64,000 nt of DNA from Anthoceros angustus. Taxonomy: Eukaryota; Plantae; Anthocerotophyta. This document shows, one piece after another, positions 14,401 through 27,657 of this stretch (position 1 is the stretch's first letter; each line of letters opens with the position of its first letter). The notes under the pieces are model-generated. The model worked only from the letters and a program-made list of their open reading frames with translations. It was not told the origin of the DNA and ran no database searches. Made by a program: the position numbers and the translations under genes. The DNA lies in the NCBI GenBank assembly GCA_010909165.1, contig MU008169.1:62001-126000 (forward strand), in the 5' to 3' direction.

Positions 14401-15629
14401 GCAAGTATGCCATTTGTGAGAACACTTCATTTCTCGATGGTTGGGTTGGTTTGTCCTTACTCTTATCCTTTGATTGATTTAGGAATTGCAACTAGGACTG
14501 GTGGAGGTCAAGGAAGAGGCAAAGAAAAGGCCGGCGCAGAATAGTGCGAGAGAGACATGTCATGAATTCACGGTGACAATCTACCATTGCACCTATTGGC
14601 TAGCCGGAAAAGGCGATAAACTACCATTTAGGTATAACCTAAGCTTGAGCTAGGATACCAATGAAGAGTCTCCTAGCAATTTGGGTGCATCAATTATTCT
14701 TGTATTAAAACAAATAGTCTAGAAGAGTATGTATAGAGGACTTGATAGTTTGTGTGAGTGATATCATATATATGATAGATGTTAAGAAGCTTGGTATGTT
14801 AAGATGTTGAGGCGGTGCACGAGAGGCGGGAGGATGAGACTCTTTGCATTCTCAAATTAAGTTAAATATATGTAAATGATAAAAATTATACATGACTTAG
14901 AACTCATTCTAACATCTTCATTTGTTAGTGAATTTGTCAAGTATATTGTATTGCACTTAATTTTAAAAGCCCCACATGATCTTACAATAGTGGAGATAAG
15001 CGACTAAGAGGCCACAGGGAACTTTACAACGAGGCTTTGGGGAACTTTACAACTAGGCTTTGAGGAACTTTACAACTAGGCTTTGGGGAACCTTACAACA
15101 ACAACTCATTGAGATAGCCACCTAAAAAGATCATGGAGAACTTTACAAGAGCGGCCTATTGAGGACAAAGATTGCACCTTAGCACAAGGCCACCAAGGAC
15201 CAAAAATAATCGGGATATATAATAACTTATCCCAATATTAATCAAACCAAAAATACCTTAACCAAGGAGTTTGATTGAAGTCATGGCTAAAATCTCCGTG
15301 TGTAGCTAAGTAGGTAATTGTTTTGTCCATTGCTCATACTATAAAGTTGGCTCTCCTCATGAAAAACAAATGTTCGCTCATGCATATTATAAAGCTCTGC
15401 TCGTTGTTACTCATCGATATTACAAAGCTTTGTGCTCTCCGTTACTTTATCACGCTGCTTGTACCTATTCCAATTTCCAGCTCGAGCCAGTAGCCAGCCA
15501 TGTAGACTAGGTACCTACTAGGGAGATAGGTGTATGGATAGCCTGGTAAAATTGCAGTGCATGGTTTTGGGAGGCCGCCATTTGCGTTCTCCGACCATGG
15601 TGTCGACCATGGCTCCCCTGGAATCAATG

Positions 15630-17747
15630 TGGAATGGGTTTTGTGTCCAAAGACGCAAGGAGGCCACATTTACCCTCTATGTCGCTATAGTCCTAGGATT
15701 CGATCCCAAGGGAATGGTTTTGTGTCAAGATGTTCCAAAACTATGGATTCTAGTCTTCCTACAATCAGTTCCTACCCAGCCATAATCAACTACCGTGTCC
15801 GAACCCACCGCCGTGGTGGGTTCGGCCACCGCCGTGGTGGATTCGGCCACCGCCGTGGTAGATTCGGCCACCGCCGTGGTGGATTCGGCCACCGCCGTGG
15901 TGGATTCGGCCACCGCCGTGGTGGGTTCGGCCACCGTGGTGGCTGATTCAGCCACTGTGGTGGGACCCACCCGACCGGCGCGCGCGCACGTCGCGATCAA
16001 CGATTTGGCGCCCGGTTCCATTGCTACGCTCGTTAAGGGCTATGGTCCTATGCACAGTTCACATGTACACCGAGTCACACTCATGTGGATTCACACCGAG
16101 CTCACCGGTGGATGCACACCATGGCCCGCAGCCTCACTCCGTCGATTTCCTCGACCCCACAATTTATTCCCAACCTTCCTCGGTTCGCGTTTTCTGAACT
16201 CTCGCGCTCACCACTTCCTAAACTCCCTTCATACAACGACTCACTCACCCCTTTCTTCTAGGACCTCATACACCACCGCGCACAAGATGTTCCCACAGAT
16301 CCTCCTCTCTCAGGCCACACAGACCTCTCTTGGGCCACACAGGCCTCACTTGGGCCACACAGACCCCTCCTTGGGCCACACAGACCCCTCCTTAGGCCAC
16401 AGACCCCTCCTTGGGCCACTGATTCATTAGACACAATCTGGTTAGGCAGGGTAGGAAAAGGAAAAATAGCTGGTCGGTTCCATAGGCGATTCGCATCTGC
16501 GATCTCACCCCGGTCCCCTGAATTTCCCTCTCACGGCATCGTTGAGCACCCTTTACCACTAGTCACCCAGACGGAGCTTGGTCACTCGGCTCTCGACCAT
16601 CCAGGATCTCCGGCCCTCTTGTGACGAGAGGGCACACCGAATCAGCCCGTCATGGATCGGATGCCTCCAACCAACCACGCGCACAAATTCGACACAGGAG
16701 CTCACACGAAATTGTCTAACGAGAGGCCGAAGGGTCTCTTGTACATCCGGCTACAGGCGCGAACTCACTTTTCCGGTGTCTAAAGATGGCTAACCTACCT
16801 CCGGTGTCTAAGATGGTTAACCTACCAGCGCGCCTACCAATTCGGGTATCTGAGTTCACAGGCTTTCCTAGCTCATTATCCTCTAATGCAAGTGAAAGCG
16901 CGACCTATGATGCCCCCTCTAAAATCAGCGCCTCCGCTCGCCCAGCCACCGGCCCATGGGTGTTCCTCGCTCTCCTACCTCGCCTCTGATCCGAAAGATT
17001 CTCCCTTAATACCTCCACCTCACTTGGCTATCCGAGGTCCTCTCACTCCTGCAAGGAGGTGCCGGCCGTCTACTGCCCCGCGCACGTTGCCTCGCCCTTC
17101 ATCACTGGACAACCAAACATTGCGTTCCTCCATCCACACTCAAGTCTCATCTCTCTTCCACTTATACCTCTCCGCTAGCTTCTTGAACTTCTCCAGAGGT
17201 GGCAGCGTCTCCACTTGTTCCTGGGCTTGTGAAATTTCATTCTGGAGCTCCTCATTCGTCGCATGCGCCTCCTTCACTTAACTTCACTGCAGTCCCTTGT
17301 TGCGAACTTATCGCGGCCTTGAAATCTCGCAGTCACGTGCAAGGTGCGGTCTTCTTCCAATTGCGCTCCAACTCGCTAGTGCTCACTCACAACCCCGGCC
17401 CGCAACTAGGGTTGTTATCTCCCCCAGCTGTATCTATCGTTCCATATCGGCCCGTTGTGGAACTAGCCACCTCCCACTTCCCCTGCTCTTTGAATGAAGG
17501 ATCCCCAACTTATATAGACAATTTATTCCTAAAATCCCAAGGTCCAAGGACCTTCTAGCCTAGCGACATTCACAGTTCGAGGTCCAAGGACTAAAAGTAA
17601 TATTGTCATGGGCCAAGGACCTCTTTTAGTATAAGAGGCCTTGCCTCGGACATTTCCTAAGCACTCCATCATACAAAACATAAGAAAAACAGAAAAACAT
17701 TCAAACCAACAGTCGAGGGGGTTAGTGTACATGTGGTCCTCCACTCG
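15630..17747. mobile_element. Putative non-autonomous insertion of about 2.1 kb in the PURA exon-1 copies (also 23943-26131; 5839-9469 with internal duplication)
   Basis: The native gene reads CAGCAATGCACG at 34103-34114. The copies read ..CAATG-TG(TG)GAATGG....CTCCACTCG-ATGCACG. No transposase ORF and no clear TIR. Confidence 0.5.
15805..15942. repeat. 21-bp quasi-palindromic minisatellite CCACCGCCGTGGTGGATTCGG, 6 full copies plus a partial; related arrays at about 6010-6135, 7560-7700 and 24125-24280
   Basis: Monomers start at 15805, 15826, 15847, 15868, 15889 and 15910. Each has CCACC..GGTGG inverted arms. Confidence 0.95.
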
Positions 17748-18832
17748 ATGCACGTCCCCTCCCCATTCTTGCGGGGTCTCGGGGGCGTAGTGTGTGGCGG
17801 CGGCCGAGCTCGTCTGCTGGATACTTCTTCGGCCAGTGGGCTTGCGGGATTGGATCACGGTGTTCGATCGACCTTCCTTGGCGGTGGAGAAGTGGTCGGA
17901 CGGAAGCCCGTCGCTTAGGTGCGCCGCACGAAAAGATCGTCATTGGGATGAGATCGTCGTTTGCCCCAAGTTATATAGACTAGGAAGCGGGTCCTTTTAC
18001 TAATGGCACTTTTGTAGAGAGGAGAGATTTTGTCGTCGGTTTGTTTTACTGAGTTTTGGGTCCATTTATTATTTTCAAGTATAGCCCATGACTTTACAAC
18101 ATGAGGCTAGGGTTCTACTACCAAGGTGTATTTCGCCATAGGTTAAATATTGTGATGACGTGGCACAGCCAATTGTTATTTACCATGCGGGCATAAGCTT
18201 TACAACAAGCGTGGATTTGCGGGGATCTTTACAATGGTCCACGGTCTTTTCCTACGCATCGAGAAGTTACAATGAGGTTTGGTATTTTCACAACGCTTGC
18301 CTTTACAGCAGGATGCGAGCTCGTGATTTACAATATGGTCATTCACAATGACACTGAATTTACCACGATGCTATGGACTTAACAACAATGTCATTATGTA
18401 TTAATTAGAGTTGTGTGCAATGGGGGTTACAGTGAGGCTTTTTCAAGGTGAGGGTTTCCTCCTCATGGCCGCTTTATTGATTCATATATGGGCCACATGT
18501 ATCGGTCGGTCCCTAGCTACCAGCCTATATGCAACATGCCATCGTAATACGCCGAGCCCTACCCAAAAGCAGACTCTATGTCGCATCGACCGATGGTTGA
18601 GCCGGATGCGGTGGTGGTCGGATCTCCATTTGTGGCGGTACTTCTCTACATGTACTCTCCTACATGAGGTCGGAGGATGCGGTGGTGGGCGGATCCCGTT
18701 GTGGCGCTACCCCTCTTTACATGTGCTCTCCTACATGAGATCAAGCCGATGCGGTGGGTCCCCGTTCTGTGTCCTTTCTTTACATGCGCTCTCACATGAG
18801 CTCGATTCGAGCGGCAGCGCCAAGTCCCTGCT

Positions 18833-20185
18833 TTGTGGCACTGTCCCTCTCTACACGTGCTCTTCTATGAGGTCGAGCCGAATACGGTGGCGGCCGGATC
18901 CCGTTGTGGCACTGTCCCTCTCTACATGCGCTTTTCTAGATGAGACCGACATATGACTTTGTGCTTAAGTCCACAACATGAGCATATACTCAAAGGGCAA
19001 GTCGAGGAGAGGCCCTGCTTGTGTGCCCCTACTAAAATTTGTTACAATTCTAATTTTTATCCAAAATATAGATTCAATTGACCCCATCGCAACACTAGTT
19101 CGATGGGGTGCTTAATTGAGTTTTACCCAAATTTGATGCCAACAAGACCATTCAAATTTGGATAATACTAATGAAGACTTTATTGTATTTTCACTATACT
19201 AACTCACTTACAAGACTCGTGGCGATCGGCTCCACGCCTAGATGCACCCGACCGACTCGGCCACGGAGATGGCGGGTTTGGCTCGGAACTCGTGAGTGGC
19301 ATGCCACAAATCGGCGGATGCTCATGAGCATGAGTGAGCACAACTCGTGAGCACACAACTATGCTCATGGCCATCACCGCGGATCAAAAGCGATAGAGGG
19401 CAGCCAACTCAAGCTCGAATCCAACATTCGTGAGGAACAGCGATGTGAGAGGCTACTACGGACTCCGCTCACAACCACACCAACCGGCTGGCTAAGGAGC
19501 AAAGTCCCTGCTTGTGGCGCTACCCCTCTTTACATGTGCTCTCCTACATGAGGTCGAGCCGAATACGGTGGCGGCGGATCCCGTTTGTGGCGCTACCCCT
19601 CTTTACATGCGCTTTTCTAGATGAGACCGACATATGACTTTGTGCTTAAGTCCACAACATGAGCATATACTCAAAGGGCAAGTCGAGGAGAGGCCTCAGC
19701 AGTGCCCCTACTAAAATTTGTTACAATTCTAATTTTTATCCAAAATATAGATTCAATTGACCCCATCGCAACACTAGTTAGAAATTGTAGTCGAGGTTTT
19801 ACCCAAATTTGATGCCAACAAGACCATTCAAATTTGGATAATACTAATGAAGACTTTATTGTATTTTCACTATACTAACTCACTTACAAGACTCGTGGCC
19901 GATCGGCTCCACGCCTAGATGCACCCGACCGACTCGGCCACGGAGATGGCGGGTTTCGCGCTCGGAACTCGTGGAGTGGCATGCCACAAATCGGCGGATG
20001 CTCATGAGCATGAGTGAGCACAACTCGTGAGCACACAACTATGCTCATGGCCATCACGCAGATCAAAAGCGATAGAGGGCAGCCAACTCTCGAATCCAAC
20101 ATTCTCGTGAGGAACAGCGATGTGAGGCTACTACGGACTCGCGCCAACCACACCAACCGGCGGCTAAGGAGCAAAGTCCCTACTT
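18833..20185. repeat. Internal tandem duplication of about 680 bp in U3
   Basis: GAGCCGAATACGG occurs at 18875 and 19556. The jump follows AAAGTCCCTGCTTG. Confidence 0.85.
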
Positions 20186-23100
20186 GCTGCGGTATGCACA
20201 ACTGTAGGCTGATTTTTATGCGATGCAATCTTGGAGTAGGCTAGGATGGAGGGTATCTGTAGATGTGATGGTAGTCGATCGCCTTAATAGAATGTTGTTT
20301 ACGTGTATCCGATTATCTCATGTTTAGTTGAAGGATGCATGTTAGATTACGGAGGATACTTGTGTTGTTGGTGGTATGTGTACTCGTGGGAGGATTTTTG
20401 TTGTGTGTTGATAAGTTAGAGGCCATCATTGAAGCGACAATTAGGGAAGGAAGCGTATACCATGGACCATACCCAATATGAATTTTACATTGTATGCACG
20501 AGAGTCTTTTCCTACGGACACAAACATAGGGTGCTTATTATGGGTGTTTTACTACGGGCGTAGTAAAGATAGTAAAAATCATTGTGATGTCCGTAGTAAA
20601 ACCACCCATTTTCTAGTAGTGCATGTAACAATGTTGTTCCTCCTCTCCTCTTTGCTTGGTGCCGACAATCGTTTGACCCATTGCAGAGAGATTATCGCTT
20701 GGAATGTACATATTGCTATACATCAAGATGACGGTGAAGTAGTCTTTGACTTGGTTCGAGACAATGAGAGAGGATAGTGTACGGCGGATGACATCACATA
20801 AGTTCCTCGGTGTGCTCACAATTTGTAGTCATGCGGGTCTAGTGGAAAAGGCGGGTGTGCTTTGAGGCTATGAGTAGACAATATGGAATTATCCCCATGA
20901 AAGACCACTATAAATGTACATGGTGAATCACATATTTTCGATTTCAAATTATGCAAGAATCCACATCTTTTTCGTCTTCTCCTTGCTTTCTCTGTGTTGC
21001 TTTCCGCTTGCACAACAAACTTTTCCCTTTCTCCACGGAGCCTTTCTTCCCTTGCCCCCCTTGCGTTCTTTTCCCACTTTTGTTCCCGACCTTCCCTTCT
21101 AGGTTCTTGCGGATGCACATCCTTATACCTCCTCCTCACCCCTCCCAAACTTTTGCTAAGTTGAGTTAAGAACCTATGGTTTTATAAAAAAATTGCAGTG
21201 CAAAATATGAAATTATTACTAAATAGTAAGTCTCAGTTAGAATATTACATATTAAGAAATAGTACAAATGCATTAAAAGAAATAAAACTATTATCAAATG
21301 ACAAGTTTCAAATTAGAAATTATATATTAAGAAATACTAATTTGGGTTTCGTCACCTAGTATATAATAAGTTCAATCTTGAGTTGTTACTCAAGAATGTC
21401 AATTCGAATTAGGATATTCACATAAGGATAGAAGTCACCTTATAGGTGGTTTGTTTTGCTTAAAGTAGAGAGCAAATAATAGAACGCATTGGCCGAGATC
21501 AAGGACGTGAAGGGGCGTCAGTTAAGTTTATAAGTCATTATATGCTCTAAGCTGTTGGCCGTGGTGTAACGCATTCCTAGCTCGCAGCATCAACGAAGTA
21601 CGGCTATTGTACGTGCGCGATGGAGGAGAAATCAATGAACCCTTTTTCGGCGGTGAGTTAAGATTAAGAGATGTTTTAGATTATGTTGTCCATACACGAT
21701 TTCCATGTACAAAATCTTGTGGTGCAAGACTTATTTTACTATCCATTATTCAACATGTGTTTTGTGCAGACTAGCATAAAGAAGATGATGCAGACGAATG
21801 ACGAAGTAGGGAAGATTGCATTTGCGACTCCCATCCTTATTTGTAAGTCCACCCTCTTTCTTTTCTAAATCTTAACTTTTCCTTAAGATAAGTTAAGCAA
21901 ACTAAGGTTAAGTTAAGAATCATTTGAGCATATACCTTCAATAAATAGATAGACAGATGAGCAGATAGATAGATAGGTAAACACTGCAAATCTTAGACAA
22001 GAGAATTTTCAATTACTAACTTTTTTGTTGCATTTGAATTTGTGGAGGTTTTCTTACAAGAAGAGTGTAGTAAGACGGCCCGGATCACCTCGCAGATAGG
22101 ATCCAAGACTATGCGTGCACCTCATTTGTAAGCAATTTTTATTCTCTTGTCTCTTTTGTGCTCATGATCAGCAGTGCACCTTTAGGACTATGTTCCCAAC
22201 TCGACAATTGATGCTTCTTTGAGGTCTCATTGTGAATGCTTTGTGGGCTTTTTTTAAAAGCAATGCATCTAATCAATTAATGTGTTCGACTTCTTACGAG
22301 ATTTTATTTGAAGTTCGGACATTGTGGTTGAGAAGAAGAGCACCGGAAAAAAGGTACATTTTACGTAATGTAACCTAGCAATTGCCTCGTGATGATCCAT
22401 GATTGGTAATTCTCGAGTAATTATGTTTGCTCAGGACTTGTTGGACATGGTTGCGAAAGCGTAGATGTTAATGATAGCGAGGAAAAGGAAAAGGAGTTTG
22501 TTCAACAGCCAAAATTAGATAGCGAGGAGGAGAAGACTGTTAAACGACCAAAATCTGTGAGTCCCGAATCTCATAGACTAATAGTTTGTGCGGAATGCCA
22601 ATGCGTTTTTGATCTGACGCACCTTTTGATGGAAAAGGTTGCTAGAGCACGTAGGGATTCAGCGGGGCCGACATCATAGAGATTTGTCAGAGGGCCTGCA
22701 AGTATGCAATTCGTGAGAACACTTCATTTCTCGGTGGTTGGGTTGGTTTGTCCTTACTCTTATCCTTTGATTGATTCAGGAATTGCAACTAGGACCTGGT
22801 GGAGGTCAAGAAAGAGGCAATGAAAAAGGCCGGCGGAGGAATAGTGCGAGAGAGAGACATGTCATGAATTCACAGTGACAATCTACCATTGCACCTATTG
22901 GCTAGCCCGGAAAAGGCAGTAGCAAACTACCTTTTAGGTGTAACCTAAGCTTGAGCTAGGATACCAATGAAGAGTCTCCTAGCAATTTGGGCGAGCATCA
23001 ATTATTCTTGTATTAAAACAAATAGTCTAGAAGAGTATGTATAGAGGACTTGATAGTTTGTGTGAGTGATATCATATATATGATAGATGTTAAGAAGCTT

Positions 23101-23905
23101 GGTATGTTAAGATGTTGAGGAGCGGTTGAGGAGGCGAGAGGGATGAGACTCTTTGCATTCTCCAAATTAAGTTAAATATATGTAAATGATAAAAATTATA
23201 CATGACTTAGAACTCATTCTAACATCTTCATTTGTTAGTGAATTTGCCAAGTATATTGTATTGCACTTAATTTTAAAAGCCCCATGATCTTACAATAGTG
23301 GAGATAAGCGACTAAGAGGCCACAGGGGAACTTTACGAGGCTTTGGGGAACTTTACAACTAGGCTTTGAGGAACTTTACAACTAGGCTTTGGGGAACCTT
23401 ACAACAACAACTCATTGAGATAGCCACCTAAAAAGATGGAGAACTTTACAAGAGCGGCCTATTGAGGACAAAGATTGCACCTTAGCACAAGGCCACCAAG
23501 GACCAAAAATAACTGGGATATATAATAACTTATCCCAATATTAATCAAACCAAAAATACCTTAACCAAGGAGTTTGATTGAAGTCATGGCTAAAATCTCC
23601 GTGTAGCTAAGTAGGTAATTGTTTTGTCCATTGCTCATACTATAAAGTTGGCTCTCCTCGAAAAAAACAAATGTTCGCTCATGCATATTATAAAGCTCGT
23701 GCTCGTTGTTACTCATCGGATATTACAAAGCTTTGTGCTCTCCGTTACTTTATCACGCTATCGTACCTATTCCAATTTCCAGCTCGAGCCGGCCAAGTAG
23801 CCAGCCATGTAGACTAGGTACCTACTAGGGAGATAGGTGTATGGATAACTGGTAAAATTGCAGGCCGTGCATGGTTTTGGGAGGCCGCCATTTGCGTTCT
23901 CCACC

Positions 23906-26316
23906 ATGGTGTCGACCATGGCTCCCTGTGGAATCGGCAATGTGTGGAATGGGTTTTGTGTCCAAAGACGCAAGGAGGCCACATTTACCCTCTATGTCGT
24001 TATAGTCCTAGGATTCGATCCCAAGGGAATGGTTTTGTGTCAAGATGTTCCAAAACTATGGATTCTAGTCCTCCTACAATCAATTCCTACCCAGCCATAA
24101 TCAACTACCGTGTCCGAGCCCAGGACCATGGTGGGTTCGGCCACCGATGTGGTGGGTTCGGCCACCGCCGTGGTGGATTCGGCCACCGCCGTGGTGGATT
24201 CCGCCACCGCCGTGGTGGATTCCGCCACCGCCGTGGTGGATTCCGCCACCGCCGTGGTGGTGATTCACCACCGTGGTGGGACCCACCCGGCCGGTAGCGC
24301 ATCGCGATCAACGATTTGGCGCCCGGTTCCATTGCTACGCTCGTTAAGGGCTATGGTCCTATGCACACAGTTCACATGTACACCGAGTCACACTCATGTG
24401 GATTCACACCGAGCTCACGGTGGATGCACACCATGGCCACGCGCGGCACCTCACTCTCCGTCGATTTCCTCGACCCCACAATTTATTCCCAACCTTCCTC
24501 GGCGTTCGCGTTTTCTAGACTCTCGCGCTCACCACTTCCTAAACTCCCTTCACTGGCGACTCACTCACCCCTTTCTTCTAGGACCTCATACACCACCGCG
24601 CACAAGATGTTCCCAGATCCTCCTCTCTCGGGCCACACACAGACCTCTCTTGGGCCACCACAGGCCTCACTTGGGCCACAGACCCCTCCTTGGGCCACAC
24701 GGACCCTCCTTAGGCCACACAGACCCCTCCTTGGGCCACACAGACCCCTCCTTGGGCCACACGGACCCCTCCTTGGGCCACAGACCCCCTCATTAGGGAC
24801 TGTGGACAGGCAGTGGTTGGGAAAGGAAAAATAGCTGGTCGGTTCCATAGGCGATTCGCATCTGCGATCTCACCCGGTCCCCTGAGAATTTCCCTCTCCT
24901 GCATGCGTTGAGCACCCTTTACCACTAGTCACCCCAGACGGAGCTTGGTCACTCGGCTCTCGACCATCCAGGATCTCCCGGCCCTCTTGTGGCGAGAGGG
25001 GATCGAATCAGCCCGTCATGGATCGGATGCCTCCAACCAACCACGCGCACAAATTCGACACACGGGAGCTCACACCTGAAATTGTCTAACGAGAGAGACG
25101 CGAAGGGGTCTCTTGTACATCCGACTACGGAGCGCCAGAACTCACTTTTCCAGTGTCTAAAGATGGCTAACCTACCTCCAGTATCTAAAGATGGCTAACC
25201 TACCACAAGCGCGCCTACCAATTCGGTATCTGAGTTCACAGCTTTCCTAGCTCATTATCCTCTAATGCAAGTGAAAGCCCGACCTATGATGCCGCCCCTC
25301 TAAAATCAGCGCCCGCCTCCTCGCCTAGCCCTGCGGCCCATGGGTGTTCCCTCGCTCTCCTACCACGCCTCGATCCGAAAGATTCTCCCTTAATACCTCC
25401 ACCTCACTTCCGCTATCCGAGGTCCTCTCACTCCTGCAAGGAGGTGCCGCCCGTCTACTGCCCCGCGCACGTTGCCTCGCCCTTCATCACTGGACAACCA
25501 AACATTGCGTTCCTCCATCCACACTCAAGTCTCATCTCTCTTCCACTTATACCTCTCCGCTAGCTTCTTGAACTTCTCGGAGGTGGCGTCTCCACTTGTT
25601 CCAGGCTTGTGAAATTTCATTGGGCTCCTCATTCGTCGCATGCGCCTCCTTCACTTAACTTCACTGCGGTCCGCCCGGTTGCGAACTTGCCACTTTGGCT
25701 CTCAGTCCACGGTACCAGGTGCGGTCTTCTTCCAATTGCGCTCCAACTCGCTGGTGCTCACTCCTTTGTCAACCCCGGCTCCGCAACTAGGGTTGTTATC
25801 TCCCCCGGCTGTATCTATCGTTCCATATCGGCCACCGTTGTGGAACTAGCCACCTCCCACTTCCTGCGCCCGCTTTGAATGAAGGATCCCCAACTTATAT
25901 AGACAATTTTTATTCCTAAAATCCCAAGGTCCAAGGACCTTCTAGCCTAACGACATTCAGGTTCGAGGTCCAAGGACTAAAAGTAATATTGTCATGGGCC
26001 AAGGACCTCTTTTAGTATAAGAGGCCTTGCCTCGGACATTTCCTAAGCACTCCATCATACAAAACATAAGAAAAACAAAAAACATTCAAACCAACAGTCC
26101 GGGGGTTAGTGTACATGTGGTCCTCCACTCGATGCACGTCCCCTCCCACATTCTTGGCGGTCTCGGGCGTGGTGTGGCGGCGGCCTCGTCTGGATACTTC
26201 TTCGGCCGCGGGCTTGCGGGATTGGATCACGGTGTTCGGATCGACCTTCCTTGGCGGTGGAGAAGTGGTCGGGACTGAAGCCCCGTGCCTAGGTGCGGCC
26301 TTCGCACAAAAGATCG
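23906..26316 (+). pseudogene. Interrupted, 3'-truncated copy of PURA exon 1 in U3 (23906-23942 plus 26132-26316)
   Basis: Same two PURA-matching segments flanking a 2189-bp insert. Confidence 0.85.
24648..24785. repeat. About 21-bp minisatellite CTTGGGCCACACAGACCCCTC, about 7 copies; also at about 6512-6605, 8042-8130 and 16329-16420
   Basis: Directly visible tandem copies, each carrying TGGGCC (or TAGGCC). Confidence 0.9.
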
Positions 26317-27657
26317 TCATTGGGATGAGATCGTCGTTTGCCCCAAGTTATATAGACTAGGAAGCGGGTCCTTTTACTAATGGCACTTTTGTAGAGAGAG
26401 ATTTTGTCGTCGGTTTGTTTTACTACGAGTTTTGGGTCCATTTATTATTTTCAAGTATAGCCCATGACTTTACAACATGAGGCTAGGGGTTCTACTACCA
26501 AGGTGTATTTCGCCATAGGTTAAATATTGTGATGACGTGGACCAATTGTTATTACCATGCGGGCATAAGCGATTTACAACAAGCGTGGATTTGCGTGAGG
26601 ATCTTTACAATGGTCCACGGGTCTTTTCCTACGCATCGAGAAGTTACAATGAGGTTTGGTATTTCACAACGCTTGCCTTTACTGAGGATGCGAGCTCGTG
26701 ATTTACAATATGGTCATTCACAATGACCGAATTTACCACGATGCTATGGACTTAACAACAATGTCATTATGTATTAATTAGAGTTGTGTGCAATGGGGGT
26801 TCTGTGAGGCTTTTCAAGGTGAGGGTTTCCTCCTCATGGCCGCTTTATTGATTCATATATGGGCCACATGTATCGGTCGGTCCCTAGCTACCGGCCTATA
26901 TGCAACATGCCATCGAACATCGAGCCCTACCCAAAGCAGACTCTATATGCATCGACCGATGGTTGAGCCGGATGCGGTGGTGGTCGGATCTCCATTTGTG
27001 GCGGTACCCTTCTCTACATGTACTCTCCTACATGAGGTCGGCCGGATCACGGTGGTGGGCGGATCCCGTTTGTGGCGCTACCCCTCTTTACATGTGCTCC
27101 TACATGAGATCAAGCCGGATCACGGTGGCGGTGGGTCCCCGTTCTGTGTCCTTTCTTTACATGCGCTCTCATACATGAGCTCGATTCGAGCGGTGGCGGC
27201 GCCAAGTCCTGTTTGTAATCGTCCCCTCTCTACACGTGCTCTTCTATGAGGTCGAGGCGAATACGGTGGCGGCGGATCCCGTTTGCAACGCATCCCTTCT
27301 CTACATGCGCTTTTCTAGATGAGACCGACATATGACTTTGTGCTTAAGTCCACAACATGAGCATATACTCAAAGGGCAAGTCGGAGGAGGCCTCGCAGTG
27401 CCCCTACTAAAATTTATTCAATTCTAATTTTTATCCAAAAATATAGATTCAATTGACCCCATCGCAACACTAGTTCTTTGGGGTGTAGTCGAGGTTTTAC
27501 CCAAATTTGATGCCAACAAGACCATTCAAATTTGGATAATACTAATGAAGACTTTATTGTATTTTCACTATACTAACTCACTTACAAGACTCGTGGCCGA
27601 TCGGCTCCACGCCTAGATGCACCCGACTCGGCCACGGAGATGGCGGGTTTCTCGGAA

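Larger units (their letters stand above)
15597..17939 (+). pseudogene. Interrupted, 3'-truncated copy of PURA exon 1 in U2 (15597-15629 plus 17748-17939)
   Basis: Same two PURA-matching segments flanking a 2118-bp insert. Confidence 0.85.

Noticed and set aside
15805-15942. CRISPR-like array (21-bp palindromic repeats; also the 23-bp repeat at 5224-5304)
   Set aside because: Monomers abut with no unique spacers, there are no cas genes, and the context is an intron-containing plant genome. These are minisatellites.
15557-16430. Long ORFs with GGFGHRR, VVDSATA or LGHTDPS repeats (also 5836-6410, 7591-8151, 23944-24834)
   Set aside because: They result from stop-free 21-bp repeats that are open in several frames on both strands, and they are not conserved in frame between units.
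9656-17945. 8.3 kb unit as an LTR retrotransposon or rDNA repeat
   Set aside because: No gag/RT/integrase motifs, no paired LTRs or PBS, and no 18S/5.8S/25S/5S sequence. The unit matches the PURA upstream region instead.
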